Assembly (NCBI GenBank): GCA_001179505.1
Contig: CDMY01000620.1
Location: 4,844-68,843 of the forward strand
Direction: 5' to 3'
From: Vitrella brassicaformis CCMP3155
Lineage: Eukaryota > Protista > Chromerida
DNA: 64,000 nucleotides
Positions 11,775 to 24,084 of this stretch are shown here, piece after piece. The position numbers and the translations under genes were made by a program. The notes below the pieces were generated by a model that saw only the letters and a list, made by a program, of their open reading frames with translations, was not told the DNA's origin and made no database searches. Positions within the stretch are counted from its first letter, which is position 1. Each line of letters starts with the position of its first letter.

Positions 11775-12849
11775 GGTGAGAAGAACCAGTCACTGAAAGG
11801 TTACACAGGCATCCTGGTGTTCTGTTCTCTCGCTCTCTCTCTCTCTCTCTCTCTCGGCTTGTCACTAGCAGTTGTGTCGCGTGCTCGTGCCTGTCCTCTG
11901 TGTTAGCGATTGGGGCCAAGCTTGCAATCCCTTTGGTTCCGTGGGGGCCTCGCGCGAGGTTGGACACTGTTTATTTCGCGAGCGAAAGCGTAGCGAGTCC
12001 CGCCAGCCTCCAAGAGCCCGATGGAGGAGGGAAATTTCATATCGTTGCTGTCAATAGTTTAGAGGCGGACATGTAAGCGACTGTCCCAGTGCATGGACAC
12101 ACGGACAATCTTACCCTTAACCACCACCACCACGAAATTTCATGTTAAATGTCAATGGGGGCCTCCATTAAGTGATGATGTGCGGGGGCCCAAGACAAGG
12201 GGGGGGAAACGCACCCAAACCCAACACCTCGAGATTCCCTTCCTCCTGTTGCTTTCTTGGGGTCGTGAAAGAAAAACGAAAAACACTCTATCCCAACAAC
12301 TTGCTCACTTGCAGGACGTCTTCGCCGGAGGATTTCTGTAACATTGGTTCTTTTTCCGCGTGAAACAAAGGGATTGTCAGTTCATCGACAATCGGCTATG
12401 CAGAAAACAGACCGCCTCAGCACTTTCTGTTGCTCGAGCAGTTTCACAGCTCTAGCTGTCAATTCTTTCAAGGCTTCCATCCATCCATCGCTACTTCCCC
12501 TCTTCCCTCATCTCACTCCGCCAATCGGCCTTGGCCTTCTTCCAGTTGTGCTCCATACATCCCAATGACCGTCCGTCCCTCTCTTCCCTTTCCGAGCCGA
12601 TGTCGGCCGCTGACGGAGCTGCAACACTGATGGGCTGAAGCATCAGGAGTGAGGCCAGCAGCGACAGCTCTCGGCTGAGGCATCTAGATCACTCAATGAG
12701 GTGACCGATGGACGCAGGGGAGGGAACGCCGAGAATAAAAAGGGATCTGCCATTGTGTGCGCGCGTTCATGCAGGTTGCGAACGGGATGTCGCCGCGCAT
12801 TGATGCGCCGTCGTTGGGTGTGGCAAATCAAGTCATTGACGGTGAGAGA

Positions 12850-13370
12850 AAGCGTTGAGCGGGCAGGGGGGTAGTCACGTGCATCTGCATGTAGGCGCAC
12901 ATGTCAGGCGTGTGGCTATGGCCAGGTTCGTGCAGGGCATGTTCGCCCGCAGCGTGTGTGCTCCAATGGGGAAGGATGTCAATTTCCGACGAGTGCAGTC
13001 GACTGCCTGCCTGAGAGTGCATCCCCATCGATGCTTTTCGTTGTGGTGACCCCATCGGGCGTCGGTGGCTTCCGACGGCCGACAGTGGCAAGTACGAGCG
13101 GTTCACATCGATGATGCCGGGCCAGGATGTCACTCACCCGGCGCGCCAGATGGGTGCCGTCGTTGGGTGAGCGAATACATGTCTGTTGAGGTGACTGATT
13201 GCGACTTCCGCCCATCGTCTGTTCGTGTGTCCAAGTCAGAGGGCGAGCACTTGGCGAGGAGGGTGCGCGGGATAGACACCGCGATGCAGATGGGGCAGCT
13301 GGTCTTTGTTGATATCAGATCGTATGTGTGGGCGGACATGTGCATGACGGACAGCGCGATTCAAAGCTGA
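12850..13370 (+). pseudogene. Probable decayed member of a lineage-expanded hypothetical gene family
   Basis: Protein-like stretches in the same plus frame separated by stops (VAMARFVQGMF...HPHRCFSL; QVRAVHIDDAG...VFVDIRSYVWADMC). The family assignment is only an impression. Confidence 0.3.
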
Positions 13371-14672
13371 TTGTTATCGCCATATTCGCCAATGGCTAGT
13401 TTCAGCGAATCCACCGGCTTTCAACAGTGTGTCAGCTCCATGCACTGAGGGATGATGTCTCTTCGTTGAGGGTGGAGAGTCTCCCCTGGGCGCAAGGGCC
13501 AGATCGAAACTGGCACTCAAATCTTGGTTATGGTGGGGGTCATTGCCCGTACAATGTAACTGTGGAAGAAACGCGAAGATCCTCGGGCACTCGATACATA
13601 TCATGTCTCTATGTTGTCGTGCAGATGCAAATGCGCATCACTCCACTACACGTAAAAAATGCGGACTTTCGATTGCGAGATAAGGTTGGGACCATCGAAG
13701 AACTCTGTCTCGATCAAAATGTTGCCGCTGTACAAGTTTGCAATGAAACAACCAAAAAGTGCAAAATCCATGTCGTCATGCCCACCTGAGAGTTTCAGCA
13801 GGAATCATCTCTGATTGTTCTGCATTGTAAAGGAGAGGAGACAGGGCTGGGAGCCTAGATAAATCCTTCACTTCTGTACTACGGACCTGCCGCTTCAATT
13901 GTCTGTTCCCACGAGTTGGTAGAGCCCGGAATGACAAACCCAAAATCGAAACACCACTCTACAAAGGAGCGAATGGGAGGCATGTCAAAAACCATCCTCA
14001 ACGTGCTTCCTACCTTCAAGTAGATCGCCGTCAAAGAGAATGTTCTGCTTCATTCGGAGCGCTTTCTGTGAAGGAGACCAGGCGGACAAATCTGCGCACC
14101 TGTCATTGCATCATGAGATGTACCATGCTTTCCCGCGAAGAGAAGCTGATCTCGCGAGCCACTACCTGGAATGGGAAAGCGCCCCTGACTGCGAGTGAAT
14201 CCTGTGCCATGCTATCCGTACGCGACAATTGAGAATTGCCTTCGGTATCCGAGCTGCATGTCACGAGGAACACATTGTGTATGCAAGCCAAGCCAGTATC
14301 AGCCCCACCAGACGTTTCGGATCTCCGATGGTCCCTGGCGACATGAGAGTTTGATTTATGCAACAGGCCCGCAAACGTGCTTACCATTCTCCGCAGTGCC
14401 AGAGGACCTCACCAGTCTCGGCGTTCTTCATCTTCATCTCATTTCTGTGCACACCAGAATGAAAGGCAGCTGTCTACCTCCTCTCTCTCCCTTACATTCT
14501 GAACCCCTCTCTCGCGGCCTTCGCATGCTTCCATTCTGGAAGGGGGGCTGAAGATGACGGGTTCCCCTTCCCCTTCGTTGGTGCCTTGGCAGCCTTCTTG
14601 GCGCTTGCGGGATACATGTGGGAGAGGGTGGGGGACGGACCACAAAGCTCGCACGTTTCAAATTGTTGAGAA

Positions 14673-14849
14673 TGGGAGCGTAAGGATGGTACGTCCGGTC
14701 GCGGACGTACGTGCAGCGGAGCACACACACCAGGCAGAGGCGCAGTAGCGCACTCTGCCTCCAGCGAGCTTACTAGCTCGCCTTCTTCCGTGTAACGATC
14801 TCGTCGGGCTCGCGATTTTTGGAGCTCGTGCCTCGTACTCGCAAACGAC
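14673..14849 (+). repeat. Split direct repeat A1 of the YR retrotransposon
   Basis: Near-identical to 22798-22981. Confidence 0.9.
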
Positions 14850-14904
14850 GCCGACGACAACGCACGAACAGCCACACCTCACCCCTGTAACGGCATCCTT
14901 CGGC

Positions 14905-17282
14905 ATGCGGATCGTGTGGCTCCTCGCATTCGTTGCGGCCGTCGGCGGTGTGCCACCGCCACAACGAAGCCGGCAAGGACACCCCGGGCGCATGCAGCGT
15001 CGGGGCAGGCCAACAACATCCAGGATGACCAACGGCAACAGCCAGACTGAGTTTTCCACGGTGGATCACGGAGAGCTCATGGCTATGATGCGTTGGCAAG
15101 GGATGATGCGTTGGCAAGGGCTGTTCGGGCGCAGGCACTCCTCGCCGAGCCAGAACAGACCGCCAAAAGCGGGGAGCACCAACGGCACCATCCCGACAGC
15201 GGCAAAGAGGAGAGACCCCATGGCGTCGTCGGGGACCCAAGGGGGCGGTGACATACCTCCCTTCCCTTTTCCACCCACCCCTCGCATGCCGTCCACCCAC
15301 CCAGCAATCGAGAGAATGAATGCCGCCTTGGCCATCCAAGCCGTAGAGAAACTGCTGAAGTTGGAGAGGGTGCAAAAGGTCTGGCAGTGGTTCACGAACC
15401 AAGCGGCACAGCAGCTGGGAGCCGGCCTGGCGACTTTTGCGAAGGGAGGTGGGACTGGAGAGACAGGAGGATCGACGAGAACGACGGCCTCCTTCCCCGG
15501 CGACGACTGGGAGCCCCACTTCAAAACCCTGGAGGGGATGGAGGGCACTACGGGTCAGGAGGTGATGGTGTACATGATGTCCAACAACAACAACAACAAC
15601 AGCCAGCTGGGAGGGAGGGGAACAGCGGGAGGAGTGGTCATGGGCTCAGCTCCGACGACAATCTCAGGCACCACTCCGGCAACAGCGGGCCCCTCACCAG
15701 CGACGGGCGCCTCATCAAGCCCCGCAGCAGCTGCAGCCGCAGCCGCAGGTATCTCGACAACGGGGCCAGCCGTCATCCAGAGCATGGCGCCTCCAACACC
15801 CTGGAGCCAACCAGCAGCTGCGGCCGCCGCCACATCCACCCAGCAGCCGCCACAGGGACTGATGCCGCCACCAGGACTGATTCCGCCAGCAGGACTGATG
15901 CCGCCAGCAGGACTGATGCCGCCAGCGAACACCCAACCGAGGTCAGCACTGGGGATCATGCAGGGGATCGCATCCAATGGGGCGTCACACACTCAACCAC
16001 TATTCGAGAACCAGTCGATGGGCGCCTACCCGAGTGAGGCAGTGCCCACGCCATTCACCAGCCTGACCGGAGGCAACCTGGGCGACTCGCAGCCCAAGCC
16101 CCCACAGCCAAGTGGCCAGTTTGATATGGGCGCGTGCCAGGCCTTAGCCACCAGTATACAGCAGGCCATGCAGCAGGCCGCGGTCAGTGAGAGCACGTGC
16201 TCAACCGAGTAGCGCTCGCCGAGGGGCAATTTGTGTGGGTTCTGGTGTGTGTGGTGGTGTGCGTGTGTGTGTGTGTGTGTGTGTGCAGGCACCGGTTGTC
16301 GATAACAGGAGCGTCTTCAGCCAGCTGATCACCATATCCGACCGCAACGTCCAGTACGTGTCAGAGGTGGACAGCATCAAAGCAGACCCTCTCTTTCTCC
16401 AGCACCCAGCTCTCGGCCGGCTGGCCGACGTGGTCAAAAGGCTGGAGGAGCAGCTGCGGTCCCAGGGACAGCTGCTGGAAGGAGACATGCTCGCCTACTA
16501 CCTAGACGGCTCCATACAGCGCGACCTGTGCGCAGCCCTCGTCATCGAAGTGCGCAAAGGAGGGGACAAGGACAACACGGTCTTCGGGGCACGGACAGGC
16601 AGCCTGCAGCTCACGTATACCGACATGAAGGAAATGGGCCCACTCGACATTCTCCGCACCCTGCAAAAGCTCGGCGAGATGTACCACAAAGGGCTCCTGC
16701 CAGAGGAGCGCGAGAAAGCGCCGCGCTTCACCACCTTATACACAAAACTCGTCGAGGGCTCCAACGTCTATGGAGGCCAACACGTAAGTGGGCAAAGGAA
16801 TGGGAGTAGTGACGAGGGGAAGCGTCCAAGTGACACGTCGTCCATGCGTCGCCTGTGCCGTGCACAGGTGTGGGCGCCGAGTATGAAGATGGCCATTCAG
16901 CGTGCAGCAAAGCTGCAAGGCGGGCCGATGTATCCCATCGTGTTCGACACGGCATTGGTGGCCGATGTGCGTGCGCGCGTTGAGTGGATCGAGGGCAAGA
17001 GTGTCATGTAGCCCCATCCAAGTGGTGCCTCGCAGCCCTGCAATGGGCGGCGCGACCCCGTCGGCAGCAGCAGCGGCGGCGAGTGGGTCCCCCCAGCACA
17101 ACGTGCGCGTGCCGAACGGATGTTGCCTCAACTGCGTGAGGGGCCACCGGCTGTCGCCCGACGACCCGTCAGTGAAGCACGCGTTGAAGGACTGCCCGCG
17201 GGATCGCATGCTCAAATGCCCCAACACCAGGTGCGGCGGGGTGCACTCGGCGAGTGAGTGTCCGCTGAAGGCCAACACGTAG
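14905..17282 (+). CDS. Gag-like ORF1 of the YR retrotransposon, with two introns and C-terminal zinc knuckles
   Basis: Low-complexity P/A/Q/G N-terminus; in-frame phase-0 introns at 16183-16288 and 16784-16867. CLNCVRGH...KHALKDC and CPNTRCGGVHSASEC knuckles lie in a shifted frame just after the stop at 17011. Confidence 0.7.
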
Positions 17283-17689
17283 CAAGCCCGCAGGCATGTA
17301 GTTTTCACAGCGAGGGCGCGAAGCCGACTCTCGGATTGTGTTTAGTCGATAGTCAGTGGAATAGTGTCTGTGCGTGATAGTCATCGCAATCGTGCAAGGC
17401 TTGAATGCAGTGCATAGTCGCCTCGTGCGTGACACGAATGCATGGACATGGCATCTAAACGCTACTGCCGCAACACGCATACAACGTACATCATTCTCCT
17501 CCTTCTCTGTGTCGTGTACACACGGAAGAGGACACACAAGCAGACCTGCCGGTAAATGTCGAGCTCCCCTTCGGGCACTCACGAACAGCAGCCCGCACGC
17601 AAAACACCCACACCGTGGGTGCGGGGCCGTCAGCTGCCACCAGCAAGAGCAGAGACGTTGGGTTTCCATGAGTCGTTCGTGGCAGCCAT

Positions 17690-18240
17690 AGAGAAGGGAG
17701 TGCCGATATCGTTGGTGCCACCGGTGCCCTCGATGGAGCTGAGAAACTATCGGTCAGTCGAAGCGCACAAGGACAACGTGGCGGCCGAGATCGACAGGCT
17801 GATTAGTTAGCGGGCAGCGCTGTGGGTCGTCTCTCGTCTCGGGGCAGTGTCGAAAGCCGACAAGCCAGACAAAGTGCGGGTGGTGGTGTACCCTCTCGCG
17901 CTCAAGAGGCCAAACAGCCGTCTCAAAGCCACCCGTCTCTATACACGCAGAGAAGGATACCATCAGGCCAAAGTGGACATGAGAGATGGATGTCTGCACC
18001 TACCAGTAGCCCCCAGAAGAAGTCGATCTGTTCGGCTTTAATGTTCGCCGACCACGGCCAAGTACCATCGCTTCAGATACGTCCCGTCTGGATTGGCGTC
18101 GTCGCCTTTCCTCTGCTGTCACCTCATGAGCAGAGTGCGCGAGAAGCTGCTCGAGGTTGGCGTGAACGTGGCACTCGGGTTCGTGGAGGGAAAGGAAGAG
18201 ATGCAGAGAGCGGCGAAGTACCTGCGCTTAGCTCAGTCCT
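17690..18240 (+). pseudogene. DIRS-type reverse transcriptase, frameshifted and lacking YxDD (second copy about 19270-19560)
   Basis: AKVDMRDG(C/F)LHLPVAPEEVDLLGFKF and a PFGLASSP-like motif, followed by GVNVALGFVEG where YxDD is expected. Confidence 0.8.
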
Positions 18241-20101
18241 GCACAGACACAAAGCACAGCGTCGTCCCACCACGAGCGTTGAGCACGGCGCGCTTGCTCC
18301 AAGAGGGCGTGGTGACGAAGAAGGTGCAGGAGTGGCAAAAGGGCGAGACAGTGATGGACGCCTTCAGACAGGAGGCAGAGAAAGCAGAAACAGAACAGGG
18401 ATATGCGGAGGTACCGGCCCCGTGTGCTTTGACGTACGTGTGTAAGTAAGGGTATGAGGAGGACAACCATAGGAGCGGGACCAGGGCGATCGCATGAGCA
18501 AGCCAAATCCATGAGCGAGACCAACAAATCGTGCGCCTGAGTAACATGTGCAGAGGGACACACACACATCGACAGAAATGGCGATACATCGAGGTCGCCC
18601 GACCCATTCCCTGGTACATGTGCAGTCTCTTTGTCCGTTGCAGGCCCCATCCGCTGTGTCCCGCCCGCCGCGGATCAGGCGATGTAGTCGTTGACGTTGG
18701 CACCGCCAGGTCGCCCGATACGTTTGCAGCGGCCCTGCAATGCCCATGCAGCCTCGGATTCGACCCCGCAGACGCGGAGCAAGTCGCCCTCGTGGCCAGG
18801 AGGGGCTTCCAAACCGGTCTCGCGGACTCGACAGTGAAAGAATACAGTCGAATTGCAGCGGAAGTGTTCAACAAGTGCCCTCAACTCTTCCCACTTGACT
18901 CACCCGAGAAGATCATTTACGCCCTCGCCACAGTGGTGCCAGGCCACGCACACAAGCTNNNNNNNNNNNNNNNNNNNNNNNNNNNNNNNNNNNNNNNNNN
19001 NNNNNNNNNNNNNNNNNNNNNNNNNNNNNNNNNNNNNNNNNNNNNNNNNNNNNNNNNNNNNNNNNNNNNNNNNNNNNNNNNNNNNNNNNNNNNNNNNNNN
19101 NNNNNNNNNNNNNNNNNNNNNNNNNNNNNNNNNNNNNNNNNNNNNNNNNNNNNNNNNNNNNNNNNNNNNNNNNNNNNNNNNNNNNNNNNNNNNNNNNNNN
19201 NNNNNNNNNNNNNNNNNNNNNNNNNNNNNNNNNNNNNNNNNNNNNNNNNNNNNNNNNNCCCTCGATTAGCGACGCGCTGGAGAAGGATACCATCAGGCCA
19301 AAGTGGACATGAGAGAGGGATTTCTGCACCTACCAGTGGCCCCAGAAGAAGTCGATCTGCTCGGCTTTAAGTTCGCCGACCACGGCCAAGTTCCATCCCT
19401 TCAGATACGTCCCGTCTGGATTGGCGTCGTCGCCCTTCCGCTGCTGTCACCTCATGAGCAGAGTGCGCGAGAAGCTGCTCGACGTTGGCGTGCACGTGGC
19501 ACTCGGCTTCGTGGAGGGAAAGGAAGAGATGCAGAGAGCGGCGAAGTGCCTGCGCTTAGCTCAGTCCTACACAGCAGCGTCGTCCCACCACGAGCGTTGA
19601 GCACGGCGCGCTTGCTCCAAGAGGGCGTGGTGACGAAGAAGGTGCAGGAGTGGCAAGAGGGCGAGAGAGTGATGGACGCCTTCAGACAGGAGGCAGAGAA
19701 AGCAGAAACAGAACAGGGAAATAAGGGCCCGTGTGCTTTAACGTACGTGTGTAAGTAAGGGCATGGGGAGGACAACCATAGGAGCGGGACCAGGGCGATC
19801 GCATGCGCAAGCCAAATCCATAAGCGAGACCAATAAATCGTGCGCCTGAGTAACATGTGCAGAGGGACACACACACAGCGACAGAAATGGCGATACATCG
19901 AGGTCACCCGAGCCATTCCCTGGTACACGTGCAGTCCCTCTGTCCGTTGCAGGCCCCCATCCGCTGTGTCCCGCCCGCCGCGAATCAGGCGATGTAGTCG
20001 TCGACGTTGGCACCGCCAGGTCGCCCGATACGTTTGCAGCGGCCCTGCAATGCCCATGCAGCCTCGGATTCGACCCCGCAGACGCGGAGCAAGTCGCCCT
20101 C

Positions 20102-20835
20102 GTGGCCAGGAGGGGCTTCCAAACCGGTCTCGCGGACTCGACAGTGAAAGAATACAGTCGAATTGCAGCGGAAGTGTTCAACAAGTGCCCTCAACTCTTC
20201 CCACTTGACTCACCCGAGAAGATCATTTACGCCCTCGCCACAGTGGTGCCAGGCCACGCACACAAGCTGCCCAAAGTCCGCGCAGCCCTTCGCCTCTGGC
20301 ACACCATGAAGGGCTACCCCGAGCCGCCCTTCCAGAGCGACCAAGTGCAGCGTTTTCTGCGAGGCCTGACGGCCCATAGCAACGACATGTGCTGGAACGA
20401 CTACGACCCCACAGTCCCGCTGCCAGCCGCGTATCTCCCACCACTGGTATGGCATTGGTGGCGCGCCACACCAACCGTCGCCACGCACGCCAACGTCCGC
20501 AATGCAGCCATCCCCCTCCTCCAGTTCTTCGGTGTGCGAAGGGCGGGTGAGTGCGAGTGGGAGACGTCGAGGCGACCGAGGACAAGGTCACCATCTTCGT
20601 GCGCAAACAGAAGAACGACCGCACGGGGCAAGGGCTGCGCCTGCAGCTGCCAGGCAAGCCCTCCCGGTTCCCGCACTTCAAAGAGCAGGGCACACCCCTC
20701 ATCCGTCCCAAAGCGGGCGAACGCGCCAACACAAACGAACCAACCCAGCCGGTCGTCCTGGAACAGGGCCCTCAGGCGGGCGGCGCAAGAAGTGGGCATG
20801 CAGACGCGGGTATCGTCACACTCCCTCCGGAGGCC
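20102..20835 (+). pseudogene. Tyrosine recombinase of the element (other partial copies 18772-18958 and about 21630-22362)
   Basis: N-terminal GLADSTVKEYSR, box I FFGVRRAGE, VTIFVRKQKNDRTGQG and box II RVSSHSLRR. Frameshifts are present and the catalytic Tyr segment was not found. Confidence 0.85.
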
Positions 20836-22655
20836 NNNNNNNNNNNNNNNNNNNNNNNNNNNNNNNNNNNNNNNNNNNNNNNNNNNNNNNNNNNNNNNNN
20901 NNNNNNNNNNNNNNNNNNNNNNNNNNNNNNNNNNNNNNNNNNNNNNNNNNNNNNNNNNNNNNNNNNNNNNNNNNNNNNNNNNNNNNNNNNNNNNNNNNNN
21001 NNNNNNNNNNNNNNNNNNNNNNNNNNNNNNNNNNNNNNNNNNNNNNNNNNNNNNNNNNNNNNNNNNNNNNNNNNNNNNNNNNNNNNNNNNNNNNNNNNNN
21101 NNNNNNNNNNNNNNNNNNNNNNNNNNNNNNNNNNNCTTAGCTCAGTCCTACACAGACACAAAGCACAGCGTCGTCCCACCACGAGCGTTGAGCACGGCGT
21201 GCTTGCTCCAAGAGGGCGTGGTGACGAAGAAGGTGCAGGAGTGGCAAGAGGGCAAGAGAGTGATGGACGCCTTCAGACAGGAGGCAGAAAAAGCAGAAAC
21301 AGAACAGGGAAGTAAGGGCCCGTGTGCTTTAACGTACGTGTGTAAGTAAGGGCATGGGGAGGACAATCATAGGAGCGGGACCAGGGCGATCGCATGAGCA
21401 AGCCAAATCTATAAGCGAGACCAATAAATCGTGCGCCTGAGTGAGTAACATGTGCAGAGGGACACACACACATCGACAGAAATGGCGATACATCGAGGTC
21501 GCCCGCCGCGGATCAGGCGATGTAGTCGTTGACGTTGGCACCGCCAGGTCGCCCGATACGTTTGCAGCGGCCCTGCAATGCCCATGCAGCCTCGGATTCG
21601 ACCCCGCAGACGGGGAGCAAGTCACCCTCGTGGCCAGGAGGGGCTTCCAAACCGGTCTCGCGGACTCTACAGTGAAAGAATACGGTCGAATTGCAGCGGA
21701 AGTGTTCAACAAGTGCCCTCAATCTCTTCCCACTTGACTCACCCGAGAAGATCATTTATGCCCTCTCCACAGTGGTGCCAGGCCACGCATACAAGCTGCC
21801 CAAAGTCCGCGCAGCCCTTCGCCTCTGGCACACCATGAAGGGCTACCCCAAGCCGCCCTTCCAGAGCGACCAGTGCAGCGTTTTTCTGCGAGGCCTGACG
21901 GCCCAAAGCCGACATGTGCTGGAACGACTACGACCCCACAGTCCCGCTGCCAGCCGCGTATCTCCCACCACTGGTATGGCATTGGTGGCGCGCCACACCA
22001 ACCGTCGCCACGCACGCCAACGTCCGCAATGCAGCCATCCCCCTCCTCCAGTTCTTCGGTGTGCGAAGGGCGGGTGAGTGCGAGTGGGAGACGTCGAGGC
22101 GACCGAGGACAAGGTCACCATCTTCGTGCGCAAACAGAAGAACGACCGCACGGGGCAAGGGCTGCGCCTGCAGCTGCCAGGCAAGCCCTCCCGGTTCCCG
22201 CACTTCAAAGAGCAGGGCACACCCCTCATCCGTCCCAAAGCGGGCGAACGCGCCAACACAAACGAACCAACCCAGCCGGTCGTCCTGGAACAGGGCCCTC
22301 AGGCGGGCGGCGCAAGAAGTGGGCATGCAGACGCGGGTATCGTCACACTCCCTCCGGAGGCCTGTGAAGAAGAACACACAGACACCGTAGGCATGTCAGC
22401 GAGAGCGTAGTAGAGCGTACCAGTGTACAATAGCAGAGAGAAACGCCGTGGAGAAAGCTGTGACGAAACAGGACAACAACGCATAGCACTGGGCGTAAGG
22501 TGAGGGGCGAACGAGTGACTCACCCAGTGCAGCGAGTGAAGCGCATCAAAGACAGACATCACCTGCGTCGAAACACACACATACAGGAGGGTCGTCTGCG
22601 TCGATCTGCGCCAGATCTGGCCTCCTATCTTCACCGCTCAACGTGGTCGTTGGGA

Positions 22656-23162
22656 GCACGCGCGCGCGTGTCGGGCTCGAGGCCGGTTGGGCCTGGGCCA
22701 TTGATTGCGGTGAAGATAGGACAGATCAGGCAGGCNNNNNNNNNNNNNNACAGGCACGCTCGCAGTGCGAGCACACATCGGTGCGGAGGCGAACGTATGG
22801 GAGCGTAAGGATGGTACGTCCGGTCGCGGACGTACGTGCAGCGGAGCACACACATCAGGCAGAGGCGCAGTAGCGACTCTGCCTCCAGCGAGCTCACTAG
22901 CTCGCCTGCTCGCCTTCTTCCGTGTAACGATCTCGTCGGGCTCGCGATTTTTGGAGCTCGTGCCTCGTATTCGCAAACGACCCACCCACCCGAACACATT
23001 CATGTTCTCCCGCCGGTCTCCCCCGCACGCGCGCGCGTGTCGGGCTCGAGGCCGGTTGGGCCTGGGCCATTGATTGCGGTGAAGATAGGACAGATCAGGC
23101 AGGCAGATCAGCAGACAGGCACGCTCGCAGTGCGAGCACACATCGGTGCGGAGGCGAACGTA
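22656..23162 (+). repeat. B1-A2-B2 terminal repeat block of the YR retrotransposon
   Basis: B1 22656-22797, A2 22798-22981, 43-bp spacer, B2 23025-23162. Confidence 0.9.
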
Positions 23163-24084
23163 ACTGTTACGCCATCAGCCCAAAATGAAACGTAGTGCGA
23201 GCTTAGCGAACAGACCTGCGCAGCCAGCCAGCTAGTGAGGCAGGACGGACCAGTGAACAGTGAGGCAGGCTGGCGCGGGCCGTCTTGCCCAGCTGGATCA
23301 GACTCTTACATCGTCTCGGTTACTTAACCATCCTTCGGCTCTTGCAGTGCTGCACTTGTGCGATATCTCTGTGTTCCCCGGCTATACAGCTTCTCTGACA
23401 GGTTATTTTGCCCACTTAGCCTTTTGTAGCTCTGCTTCCTTCCTCCCCCGGCCATCTCTCTCTCTCCTGCTGAAGTAGCTGTGCCCCTCTCACCGCTATA
23501 TAGCGGATCTTCAAGAGCACGTCGACCAGAACATGGCGCATCAAGAGCACGACAACGTGGACCATGACCACAACAACGTCGACGAGCATGAGCATGACGG
23601 CGCAATGGAGGATGACGTCGATGCACACGGCGGTGGCCAGGATCAGCACGAGCACGAGATGGAGGTCGACGCGTGTGATCAAGACCAAGAGATGGCTGAG
23701 GGTGAGAATCCCAGGCCAGGTGCGAGGGAGGGTGAGGTTCCTCCTGCACCGAACACACACGGTGGTGTCTCGCCTGATGGTGTTGCCTGTGGCTGCTGTG
23801 CCTGTGGCTGCTGTGCCTGTGGGTGGTGTGCGTGTAGCTATGCCTCATGACGTCCCTCGCACGTCCCGTGACGGCAAGGATGTCAACCCACATGGGCACG
23901 ACGGCGCCAGTCTACAGAGACACCCAGTTCGCAGACAGGCGCGTCATGACGTGTGATGTGTGCCAACGTTTGTGCATATCTGTGTGGGACTGGTCGATTG
24001 TGATGGTCTCAATCGATTGGATTGAGTCATTGCATTCAGTGTCTCAAGCACGGCACAATCAGGTGTCTGCTGTCTCCTCGCTCT

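Larger units (their letters stand above)
14673..23162 (+). mobile_element. Ngaro-type (DIRS order) tyrosine-recombinase retrotransposon with split direct repeats
   Basis: A1 14673-14849 matches A2 22798-22981, and B1 22656-22797 matches B2 23025-23162, giving the order A1-gag-RT-YR-B1-A2-B2. No TSD. The internal B1/A2 junction (GAACGTA|TGGGAGCG) equals the element end joined to its start. Confidence 0.9.
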
